Positions 1-9,500 of a DNA stretch of 64,000 nt are shown one piece after another. The translations under genes were made by a program, and so were the position numbers. The stretch spans positions 1 through 64,000 of the forward strand of contig CAWJGT010000004.1 in assembly GCA_963842525.1 (NCBI GenBank), written 5' to 3'. Each line of letters opens with the position of its first letter. Positions within the stretch are counted from its first letter, which is position 1. The notes beneath the pieces are model-generated. The model saw only the letters and a list, made by a program, of their open reading frames with translations. It ran no database searches and was not told the origin of the DNA. This DNA comes from an uncultured Holophagales bacterium (GTDB lineage Bacteria; Acidobacteriota; Thermoanaerobaculia; Multivoradales; UBA5704).

Positions 1-52
1 TCACCCCCTGTCCCCCTCTCCCATCGCCCTCCCCCCGACCGGGAGAGGGGGG
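1..52. repeat. REP-like palindromic element (CCTCACCCCCTGTCCCCCTCTCCC family), partial
   Basis: CCCCCTCTCCC...GGGAGAGGGGG hairpin; same family in reverse orientation at 40520-40573 and as a full palindrome at 59645-59710. Confidence 0.75.
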
Positions 53-193
53 ATGACCCGGTTAGATATGCTAGCGGTGTTCATGTGATCTCACTGGTTC
101 CGCCGTAGAGGGTAAAGGGTTTCAGGCGTTGCCAGTTGTGGCCACTTTCGGCCAATAAGCGCGGAGCTATGTGACCCGGGCGTGACCCGGTTA

Positions 194-202
194 TGCTATA
201 CT
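194..202 (+). promoter_or_regulatory. Extended -10 promoter (TGcTATACT) for a probably leaderless integrase mRNA
   Basis: TGCTATACT ends 7 nt before ATG 210; no Shine-Dalgarno; the GTGACCCGG repeats lie just upstream. Confidence 0.5.
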
Positions 203-209
203 TACGCCC

Positions 210-1512
210 ATGAGCTACAACATCAAATTTGAGGATCGCACCCTGCGCGGTCTCCGCGTTCCCGAAGGTAAGGACAGGCAGGAATGGAGTGACACGGTGG
301 TCCCGGGGCTTCGCTTCCGCAAGAGCGACAAGGGGCATGGCTCCTTCTCCGTCGTCTACAGGGTCAAGGGACAGGACAAGCAGGACCGCCGCACCATCGG
401 ACCCTTCCCCCGCGTCTCCATCGCTCAGGCCCGCGAGGAGGCTCGACAGGATCTTAACGCCGCCAGCTCGGGACGCGACCCAAAGAAGCTCCGGACCGCT
501 CCTCCCGAGTCACCCGAGGTCCAGGTCCACCAGATGACCTTCGCGGAGCTCTTCGCAGCTCTACATGGAGCGCCACGCGCGCGACCATCTCGCGACTTGG
601 TACGATGTCCAGCGGAGGGTCCGCAAGGATGTGATTCCCGTCATCGGCCAGATGCCCGCCGGCGAGGTGCGCAAGCGCCATCTCCATCTGGTCATCGACC
701 GGCTCGTCACCGGGGGGCATGCTGTGAGCGCTCGCGGTCTGCTGTATGTGGTCTCGGCCATCTACACCTGGGCCGAGGGGCGCGAGCTCGTCGAGTACAA
801 CCCGGTCCGTCGCTTCCCCTACCCGAAGCCCGCCGCGCCTCCACAGCGCAGGAGCCTCACCGACGATCAGCTCCGGGCGCTGTGGTTTGCCCTCCTGGAG
901 ATCGCCGACCAGCCAGTGCCCGATCTACAGGAGGAGCAGCGCAATGGGCGGTTCACCACGACCCGGGATCTCTTCGCTTTGGTAGTGCTGACGCGGCTCC
1001 TTCTGGGCCAGCGCACCACCGAAACCGTGGGCATGCGCCGCCAGGATCTCGAGGCTCAGTGGTGGAATCTGCCGGGCTACATCGGACGGCGGCGGTATAC
1101 GAAGACGGGACGGGATCACCGGGTGCCGCTGGTGCCGCTGTGGAGCGAGTATGTGCTGCCGCGCGTCGAGAGGCTGAGTGCCGGGCGACCGTATGTCTTC
1201 CCCAGCGATCGGCTGCAGGATCAGCCGCTCCACGCGGAGAGCATCCAGTCGTTCTGTTCCCGGGTGTCGGCCAAGGTGGGCTTCCCCTTCGTGGCTCGCA
1301 ATCTACGGACGACGTTCCTGACTTCCATGGCTCGGCTTGGCGTGCCGCAGGAGGTCCGGCAGCGTCTGGTCAACCACAGCGATGGGAGTGTCGAGACGAT
1401 CCACTACAACCTTTATGACTACGACGCCGAAAAGTGGGCGGCTGGGCTGCGCTGGGACGCCCATCTGCGCAGTATCTTCTCCGGCGAGGCAGCCCAGGCT
1501 GGTCAGGCCTAG
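210..1512 (+). CDS. Tyrosine integrase with N-terminal arm-DNA-binding domain (frameshift near 560)
   Basis: ORF 210 gives the Arm-DNA-bind-like N-terminus (WSDTVVPGLRFR...RRTIGPFPRVSIAQAREEA); ORF 565-1512 gives core and catalytic motifs GQRTTE, TKTGRDH, RNLR, NH, HYNLYDY. Confidence 0.9.
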
Positions 1513-1760
1513 GCGGCCCAATCGCGCCGGCCCTCTTGCCATTCACGCAGCTTGTCCACGCGAAAGGCTTCCCTTCCGGGACTGAGAGTCTCGGGGGTAG
1601 GGAACCGGCCGGCCGCGATTTCCCGCCGCAACGTGGAGCGGGACAAGCTTGACCAACTGATCACCTCGGGCCAGGTCATGAACCGGGGGAGCACTTCACG
1701 GACGTTGGACAACGTGTGCCGACTCGGCAGTGGCTGCTGCGGTCTGTGGACGTTTTTCAT
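1509..1760 (-). CDS. AlpA-family / excisionase-like HTH regulator
   Basis: FMTWPEVISWSSLSRSTLRREIAAGRFPTPETLSPGREAFRVDKLREW fits the AlpA pattern; convergent with the integrase. Confidence 0.85.
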   Translation of the reverse strand: MKNVHRPQQPLPSRHTLSNVREVLPRFMTWPEVISWSSLSRSTLRREIAAGRFPTPETLSPGREAFRVDKLREWQEGRRDWAA

Positions 1761-1860
1761 CGGTTTTACCTCGTCTGAGCTTGTATTGGCTGATGGCCCT
1801 GGCCGAGGCCGAGGGCGACACACAGAAAGCGCGCGAGCTGGCCGGCGTAGGTCGCGACTC

Positions 1861-2262
1861 TCACTTGCGTTTCCTGCGAGCCGGCGCGGGTTGGTGATTG
1901 CGGTAGCGCTTGAGAACGGTGCGGATACCCTCGGCGGTTAACGGGCCTCGTGCCCCTGGGAACACGGGCTCGGGCATGGCCCAGAGCCGGCTTTCCATCA
2001 GCCAGGCGAGCAGCCGGGCTCCGAGATCGGTCGGTAGAGGGGCGGACCAGGTGATGCCGTGGCGATGGACCGCGATGACGAGCTTGCTGTCGGCCATGGT
2101 GATGGCCGAGGCCCGCAGGGCGGCAATCTCGACGGCGCTCAGGCCCGCTGCGACGAGGGCGAGGAGGGCACCATCGCGCAGCCCCACGGCCTTGCCGGAG
2201 AAGACACGGCCGGGATCGACGCGGGGAAGAAGCTCATGGGCGTGCTTAGGGTCGAGACGCAT
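1861..2262 (-). CDS. Truncated, catalytically dead tyrosine-recombinase-like protein
   Basis: GLRDGALLALVAAGLSAVEIAAL...PVFPGARGPLTAEGIRTVLKRY resembles the Int catalytic domain, but Ser replaces the first catalytic Arg and the HxxR/Tyr half is absent. Confidence 0.65.
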   Translation of the reverse strand: MRLDPKHAHELLPRVDPGRVFSGKAVGLRDGALLALVAAGLSAVEIAALRASAITMADSKLVIAVHRHGITWSAPLPTDLGARLLAWLMESRLWAMPEPVFPGARGPLTAEGIRTVLKRYRNHQPAPARRKRK

Positions 2263-2919
2263 CAGGACGGCTCCTCTTCGGCCTGAGCCGGTCGCTTCTG
2301 TGGTGATGGATTCGGCATCTTGGCTCCCCCTTTCTTCGGAGGGGAGATTGCCTCCGGGAGCGCAAGAGCACCAAATCGGCAAGAGTGCCATGGGTGGAGG
2401 TAAACCATACAGCTCACAGGAGATAGGTCCGCTTGAGGTATAGGCGGAAAGGACCAGATAATCTGGTCCGTTCGCGACTGTGCGCTCCGCTTCAGGATCT
2501 CAGGCCAGGCTTGCCGCGCGGGGTCGTGGCCCTGAGATCGCTTAGCGAAGGCACGAGGGGTTCCGGTGCTTCGGGCGGTGCTTGCGCCTCTGTGGGTCGC
2601 GTGGCCGCCCGGACAAGCTGTGTGGGCGACGATTGCTGCTCCGGCCGGAACGGGTCTACCGCGGGAGCTGCTCCCCTCTTCCCTCTTACCCCGCCGGGTG
2701 GGGTGGGGGAAAGCTGAGTGGTCCGCCGGTGCTTGGTGGTCAGAGGGTGATCGGTTCACCATCGGGGCTCCTCCCTTGTCGATGAGCAGGTTGCTTCCAA
2801 GAGCGCAAGATCTCCAAATCGGGGTTGGGACAAGATCTGGCCTAAACACCTCATTTCAAAGGACATCAGAGTTGATCTGATGGGTAATATCGTAAAGTTG
2901 AACTTTACGATTCTGGTCC

Positions 2920-3648
2920 TCAGGGCAACGCAAGGAACCTCCATGCCCTGGCCTGTCGGTGGGCGCGGTCCTTCTCGCTGTAGGTCGCTGCTGGTGCGAT
3001 GAAGCCCAGCTTCTCGGCCCGGTGCAGGAGCTGGTTGGCCGTCTGAGGGCTGACACCCAGCATGTCCGCAGCGTCCCGGCAGGCGAGGAAGAACTCTCCT
3101 CCATGGCTCCGCTGCCCGAGCCAGTAGCAGAGCGATGCCAGGCTGCGGAGGGTTGCGTCGCCGGGGTGGCTGAATCGCAGCCCGATGTCGAGGGGGCTTT
3201 CCTCGGCAAGCCGGGCCGCTTCCTTCACGAAGGAACCCAGGAGGTACGGCGAAGTGACCGCGTCCCAGGCTGCGATGAAGTCGGTCCGGGGATCGCTGAG
3301 CTGGTTGCAGGAGTCGAAGTCTTGCAGGCCGAGGTCGAGCCATGGATTGGGAGACTCGGGATACATCTCGGCCAACTCGGCATCGAGGCGAGCTGCCGCC
3401 GCTTCAGCATCGAGACCGGCCAGCTCTCCGTGCTCTTTGAGGCATCTCGCGAACAGCCAGGCAGGGCTTCGGTAGTCTTTCGGCTGCCTGGAACCGAGGT
3501 GCTCCAGGAGATCTCTCGTGCTCCGGCTCGCTGCCCTCGCAAGGAGCTTGCGAAGCTCGGAATTTCCTTTCGCGGATGGTGATCGGCTCGGCATCTGGCA
3601 CTCTCCTTCCCGGCGAGCAGATTGCTCCCCGGAATGCAAGACCTCCAA
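2920..3648 (-). CDS. Hypothetical protein with C-terminal winged-HTH, replication-initiator-like
   Basis: FFLACRDAADMLGVSPQTANQLLHRAEKLGFI...ARAWRF wHTH pattern; position in an int/AlpA module; start uncertain. Confidence 0.55.
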   Translation of the reverse strand: MEVLHSGEQSARREGECQMPSRSPSAKGNSELRKLLARAASRSTRDLLEHLGSRQPKDYRSPAWLFARCLKEHGELAGLDAEAAAARLDAELAEMYPESPNPWLDLGLQDFDSCNQLSDPRTDFIAAWDAVTSPYLLGSFVKEAARLAEESPLDIGLRFSHPGDATLRSLASLCYWLGQRSHGGEFFLACRDAADMLGVSPQTANQLLHRAEKLGFIAPAATYSEKDRAHRQARAWRFLALP

Positions 3649-4285
3649 ACCGGCAGGAAGTCAAGATCTGTCGTAAACGGCTCAATACAAAGGGGATAAC
3701 TGGTTCTAGAAGAAAGGAAAGTTGGACTAATCAACAGTCCAACTTCGACGACACCAGGGATTCCTCGTTGCCAACACAGGGCTTGACACAGGAGACTCAA
3801 GCTACTCAGGGAGATCCAAGAAACCCACAGACTTTTGTATTCAGGTAGGGAGGAAGGGAAGGTTCTTGGGCTTCTTAAGTTTCCTGGGTTTCCCTGTGCT
3901 TCTTGTGTCAGCTACCACGAGCTACTGCAGACCGTGTCTTGACTCAACTCAAACCAAGGTGGTCCGTCCGGCCCCGCAGGGGCCGAGACCGAAGGTCTCT
4001 GGCGCCGGGTGGCAAAGGGCGCGCACTCCGCTTCGCCCTTTTTCCACGAGAAGGTGGTCCATAGCGCGGCGCTTTTCAGTGCAAGCGCTTGCGCCGGAGG
4101 CGCGACGGGCAGACAGCAGGGACTGACGCGGACGAGCACAGACGGGCACAAGGCCGGCTCCGAAAACTGGCTGCCTGCTTCCGGTTTCTCACCGGAAAAC
4201 CGGCTGTGGGCAGCCGGTTTTTTCTCCGAAACTGGCTATGGGCAGGCACGGCGACTCGGCCGGCCGGAAACGGCTTCAGGGTGAA

Positions 4286-4377
4286 AAAGGGTGCGCTCTA
4301 CCGCACCCTTTCGGGCTGAAAGGGTGCGCTCGGCCGCGCCCTTTTGCACAGAAAGGGTGCGCTCCACCGCACCCTTT
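4286..4377. repeat. Three tandem palindromes, 33-bp period (AAAGGGTGCG-N6-CGCACCCTTT)
   Basis: Copies at 4286, 4319 and 4352, directly downstream of the TPR gene stop; a second degenerate palindrome triplet at ~4160-4245. Confidence 0.85.
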
Positions 4378-4384
4378 TTCGACC

Positions 4385-5673
4385 TCACGCACGTGCCCGG
4401 GCGAGAGTGGCGGCGACTTCGCGGGCCAGGTCGGCGGTGGCGGTTTCGCGGCGAGCGGTTTCCTGGAAGACGAGGAGGGCGGCCAGGGCTTCTCGGGGGA
4501 GGTCCAGGTCCCGGAAGACGGTCACCATCTCGTCGGCCAGGTGGCGGACTTCGGCAGCACTCCCCTTCCCCATGTAGGAGATGGCCAGATCCAGGCCGGC
4601 GAGGGCGGCGTTCGAACGCGTTGCCGTCGTCGAGGAACTTCTGGCGGACCTCGGCCAGAAGATCGCGGGCTCGGGCTTGGTCTCCCAGGCCGGCGGCGAT
4701 GCGACCCTCCACCCAATCCAGGCGGACACGGTCGAGGGTGCTCCCGTGGGCTGTGGCGATCGCCTTCAGCTCCGGGAGAAGGTCGGCTGCCTCACGGTGG
4801 CGGCCGGCTTTCGAGAGGCTGTCCTCCAGGTTGTGGCGAACGCAGAGGACGAGGCGTGGCTCCCGGGCGGGGTCGATTGGCTTTCCTCAGGACTTGGATG
4901 GCAGCATCGGGCTGCCCCATTTCGATGAACGCCGCCGCCTTTTTGATGAGACTTCGGCCGGCGAGGTGCGAATCCCGGTGCTCGGGTTGACCCTCCAGAA
5001 AGAGGGCCACGGCCTGGTCGAGCAGGTCGAAGGCTTCGGGAAAGCGGCGCTGCGCCACGCGAAGGGAAGCCTTCAAGTCCAGGAGGACAGGCTCGTAGCC
5101 AAGTGCGTCTTCGGAGCCCTCAGTTCCCGCCTCCCACCAGGAGTCCGACATCTCGAAGCACCGCTCGCCTGCGGGTAGATCGCCCCGCACTCGGCGGGCA
5201 TTGCCGAGCCTGGCCCAGGCAAGGCTTCGGAGCTGGTAGACCCAGCGCTCCTCGAACAGCTCGCTGTCTGAGATCCTGTCGGCCACGTGGACCGCGAGGT
5301 CGGCGAGGTGGAGGGCCTCCGCCGCCTGCTCCGGCGCGGTCTGACAGCTCCTGCGGACCAGCAGCTCGCAGAGGCCCCAGCTCACGAAGCGTGGGTCAGC
5401 GTGGAGGCAGGCCAGGCGTTCTTCCGGATCGAGGGGCGCGAGCTCCTGCAGGAGCCGCGGGGCCTCGGCCCTGGACCGAGCAAGGGCGGCATCAATCGGG
5501 CCAAAGATGGGAGGGAGAGCGTTCGCCTGGTGGAGCTCGAGGAGCCAGCCACCGACCTCTCTACAGCGGGGGCAGAGGTCCAGCAGGTGGAAGAGCTGCT
5601 CATTCTGCTCCGCGGTCCGATCTGTGGCGAGCAGACGCTCCAAAGCGGCGGCGTCGAGGTGCTTGTGCTCCAT
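4385..5673 (-). CDS. Zn-finger (H..CxxC, zf-HC2-like) plus TPR-repeat cytoplasmic protein (frameshifts near 4875 and 4615)
   Basis: N-terminal FHLLDLCPRC; helical TPR-like repeats (AWARLGNARRVRGDL, LDLKASLRVAQRRFPEAFDLLDQA) continue across frames to ...ALAALLVFQETARRETATADLAREVAATL. Confidence 0.75.
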
Positions 5674-5785
5674 GCGATCCTCCTGAGAGTGTCTTCGGCA
5701 GAGGAATAGTATCGCATGTCAGGAATCTCGGGGAAGCTGGTGACGGAGATGCGGGCCGGGATCGGCGTCCCGGCCCGCAGGCCGC

Positions 5786-6073
5786 TCATGGACGGCCGTT
5801 GGGATCGAGGATGGAACCGTTTTCGCTGCCGGGGTCGGAGCTCGCGCTGGCGGTGGCGCCGTTCGGATCGAGGCCGGAGCCGTTCTCTTCCCAGAGGGCG
5901 GCGAGGAAGCTCCAGAGCTGGGAGAAGAGCCCGGGGACGGCCTGGGGGTGCTCGGCGGCCGAGCTGTTGGTGTGGCCCAGGGGCAGGGCCTTGGCGTGGG
6001 GGGGGGCGAGGAGGAGGAGCGTTAGCAGGGCAAGGATGAGAATGAACGGGGGGCGGGTGGGGTGTCGGGGCAT
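5786..6073 (-). CDS. Small secreted pro-peptide with duplicated ENGSxLDPNG motif
   Basis: SD GGAGG upstream; Sec-type signal (FILILALLTLLLLAPPHAKA); amphipathic Trp helix; ENGSGLDPNG and ENGSILDPNG. Confidence 0.8.
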   Translation of the reverse strand: MPRHPTRPPFILILALLTLLLLAPPHAKALPLGHTNSSAAEHPQAVPGLFSQLWSFLAALWEENGSGLDPNGATASASSDPGSENGSILDPNGRP

Positions 6074-6174
6074 GGGGCCTCCTGAGGGCCGCCTCGGCTC
6101 AGGCCGCCATGGCCGGAGGGGGCGTGGCCTTCAGGAGAAGTGTGCGCGTTGGGGAGTGGGAGAGGCGCAGGAGG

Positions 6175-6245
6175 AAAGGACAGCAAGGACACCAGGGACA
6201 GCAAGGACGACAAGGAGACGGACAGGGACGGGCACGGACGAGGGT
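6175..6245 (+). repeat. Purine-rich ~9-bp-period GGAC repeat tract
   Basis: AAGGACAGC-AAGGACACC-AGGGACAGC-AAGGACGAC...; similar co-oriented tracts at ~4105-4155, 14835-14918 and 35145-35190. Confidence 0.7.
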
Positions 6246-6561
6246 AGATGGGATGGCGGCTCGGCTTCGCCCTACCTGGACCAGAGCTGAGAGGCTGGGA
6301 CGGATACGGGGGGTGCTCGGGCGGAGCTTCTGAGGGGGGCCGGCGTGGCGGTAGGGCCTCAACTGCCCGCCTGGAACTCCGCGGGAGACCGGAGGATACA
6401 GGAGCCTACGCCGGGCGCTTCCGCCGGAGGGACACCTATCCGGGCACCTATCCGGGCAAAGAGGGGAAGGGACTGTGTCCGGCCAGGACGGCACAGCCAC
6501 GGGTGCCTTGCCGATCGACAGGCGGAGCCAGTCGCGGGTGCGATCGGAGCGGCTCAGCGAG

Positions 6562-9500
6562 TCAATTGCAATTGAAGAATGTTTGCGTGTCCAGGATGGT
6601 TGCAAAGGTGCGGCCTCGGGGATTGGAGGCGTGCCAGACTTTGCCGGTTTGGGTGTCTTCGACATAGAGCTCGACTTCGACATTCGTGAGGCCGCTTGCG
6701 AAGACCCAGTAGTTCCCGGAGAGGGCGCATGCGTCGAGAACCTTGAGGAAGAGCTCGACGTTGGTGTCGGAGAAGAAGGTCGAATAGCCGGAGTCGCTGG
6801 TGAGGGGCCATTGCTTGGCCACTCCCCCATTGCCCTGAGGATCTTTGAAAGTGGCACGGACTCGGAACCGGCCGTTGCCCAGGCACATGGTGTTGGCGCC
6901 TGCCACACACGGGCCGATCACTGCCGGATCCACTACTTCCTTGACGATCGGAGCGCCGTTGGGTGGCAACTGGCTGGTGTCGATCCGCTCGGTTCGCGGC
7001 AGGCCGCTTCCGTTGCCGTTGCCGCACTCCTTGAATATGGTGCTCGTGCCCAGAATGGAGGGAGCTGTCTTGCCTAACGGGTTGAAGATGGTGCGTGTCT
7101 GGCCGGTCTGCGTGTCCGTGACAGTGATGGTGTACTCCACGTTCGACAGATGTGTGTCGAAGACCCAGAAGTTGCCAGAGAGCGGACAGGCATCGAGCAC
7201 TTTGACGAACACTTCGGCATTGGCTTCGTCGAAGAAGGTGAAGTAGCCGGACTCGTCGGAGAGGTGGACCGTTTTCGCTGTGCCGATCTTTCCGGTGAAG
7301 TCTCGCCAAGCAACATCGACCCGGAAACGGCCGTTCTGGAGGCACAGGGCTGGAGGCGTGCATTCCTGCGGTGGCTGGTCTTCTTGGACGGTGCTGGTCC
7401 AGACGTTGGTCGAGATGGGCGGGTTGGTGTCGAAGACGATCGCCGCTGAGTTGGTTACCTGGGTTGCGGGTCTCGCATTGGCGCGCACCTGCACGCTGAA
7501 GGTCACATGGCCCTGACCGCGGCCGGTTCCGTCTTCGGGGGGCAGGAAGCCGGCGAAGGGGTCTTCCGGGAGCTCCCCAGTGTCCGGGTCCAAGGTGCGC
7601 AGCACCCAACTCACCTGCCCGCCACCGGCGCTCTGGGCTGCTTCGATGGCTATGGAGTAGTCGCCATAGGTGATCCGATCCGCACCCTGCGCACGGCCTC
7701 CGAGGGAGGTCACTACGACATCACCGAACGCCACCTCGCCGAGTTCGAAGGTACTCCAGTCGAGGTCTGTGTCCAGGTCGTCCGTGATGAAGACCTCCTG
7801 GGCTGGAGCTGTGGCGGTCTTCTGGTTCTCGAAGTAGACAGTGTAAGTGACGCGCTCGCCGGGACGGACTTGCGGACCAGGGCCGGTTTTCTCGTTGGGG
7901 TCTCTGGAGCGGATGATCTCAAACAGCAAAGAGCCTTTCAGCTCCTTCGGGATCGCAGTTTCAGGCGGCTTAATTGCGCGCCAAATCTTTTGCTTAGAGT
8001 AGTCACGATGGAGCTGGCCGTCTTTGTCCCACCATGTTTTGTCAGGTATTAGGCGAAGGTAATCGCCAAGACGCTCCCGTGCCTTTTCATCCTCCTCAGC
8101 CAAACGCGCTTGCTCATACTTGGCAAACTCCTCGGCAGAAAGAAATATAGCTCTTCCGTCCTCGTATATCATAATTTTGCCCCTCGAATCTCTTGAATCT
8201 TTGTAGAGCGATTTAGCTCCTTGCCACAGATTCTTAAGGGCCAGACCTCCTGTTGCGATTTTCCAGAATAATCTGACAACATCCCCTGCTCCAAGAAGTC
8301 CAAGTGGATCAATCATGATAGATGGGTTATTCGAGCCATAGATGTATAGATTTGGAGAGTCGATAAGCCTAAGAGGATCAATGCTGAGGAATCGCCCTTG
8401 CCGTGCTTCGTAGTGCCGAGCACGCATAAACGTCGCTCCATTCCCATCCGCCATTACGCCAAAACGCCCCACAAATTGAAATGGGTTCGGCAACTGCTCA
8501 TTCGAAGCTAACGGAACGCCCCACGGGTCGTAGTCATAGGCATTCACAACCCCCCCCTGCTTCGTTGGTGAGCTGGCGCGTGTTCCCCAGAGCATCGAAG
8601 CCATAGTAGGCAGCATTGCCCGCTGCATCAAGTCGCGCCACAAGGCCAAGGCCATGCACATAACGTGTCTTCAGATTGCCATTAGCATCATTCTCGGCGA
8701 CCACATCCACTAAGCCGATGGGGTCATGGGCGTAGCGAACCACCGCGCCATTGTGGGTGACGGCCACGCGGTTACCGAGGTTGTCGTAGGTGTACTTCCA
8801 GGTGTCGTCGCCCGGCTTTGTAAGGCGAATCAGCCGATTTTCCTGGTCGTATTCATAGGTAGTCGTACCAGAATGATCGGTCCGCGAGATCAAGTTACCG
8901 TCATCGTCGTAGGTGAAAGTAGCACCGCCTGCATCGGTGTACTGATTGAGCTCGTTTGTATGGTAGCTTTGGGTTTCGCCGTTTTCTGTCACGGCCACCC
9001 GGTTGCCGATGGCATCGTACTCGTAGGTCGCCGTCGAAGCATTCGGGTAGGTTACTCCCACGAGCTGTCCGAGCGTGTCATACTCATACGTTGTCTTACC
9101 GGCCAGCGTAGTCATGGAAGTTCGGTTACCCCGCTCGTCGTAGGTGTAATCGAAACGTGACTGGATGCTGCCGTTCGGCGCGTAATGAATGAGGTGGAGA
9201 ATTTGACCGGCGCTGTCGTATTCGTAGGTGGTCGAGGTGCCGTTGCCCCGGTCTTCGCGGGCGAGCTGGCCCGCTGCGTCGTACTGGTAGGCGATGAGCT
9301 GAGCGCCGACGGTGTTGCGCAGGCGGACGAGCCGGCCGGCGTTGTTGTATTCGTAGCGGAGCGTGAAACCGGTCTCGTCGGTGCGGCTGGTGCGCCGGCC
9401 GGAATCATCGTACTGGAACGTCAGGAATCGTCCGCCGGGGTAGGCGATCCGGGTCAGGAAATCGCGGTTGTCGTAGTCGAGGTCGATTGTACCGCTCGCG

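Noticed and set aside
60-170. tRNA or tmRNA fragment as the integration target
   Set aside because: No T-loop/CCA pattern here or near 40400, and no core direct repeat found by eye
4286-4377. CRISPR array
   Set aside because: Only ~7 bp between the palindromes, no unique spacers of CRISPR size, and no cas genes
5786-6073. Trp-containing peptide as the halogenase substrate
   Set aside because: It lies 51 kb away in a separate element and has a Sec-type signal rather than a RiPP leader
6099-6560. RHS immunity gene
   Set aside because: ORFs downstream of the RHS stop are low-complexity and overlap repeat tracts; none looks like a real protein
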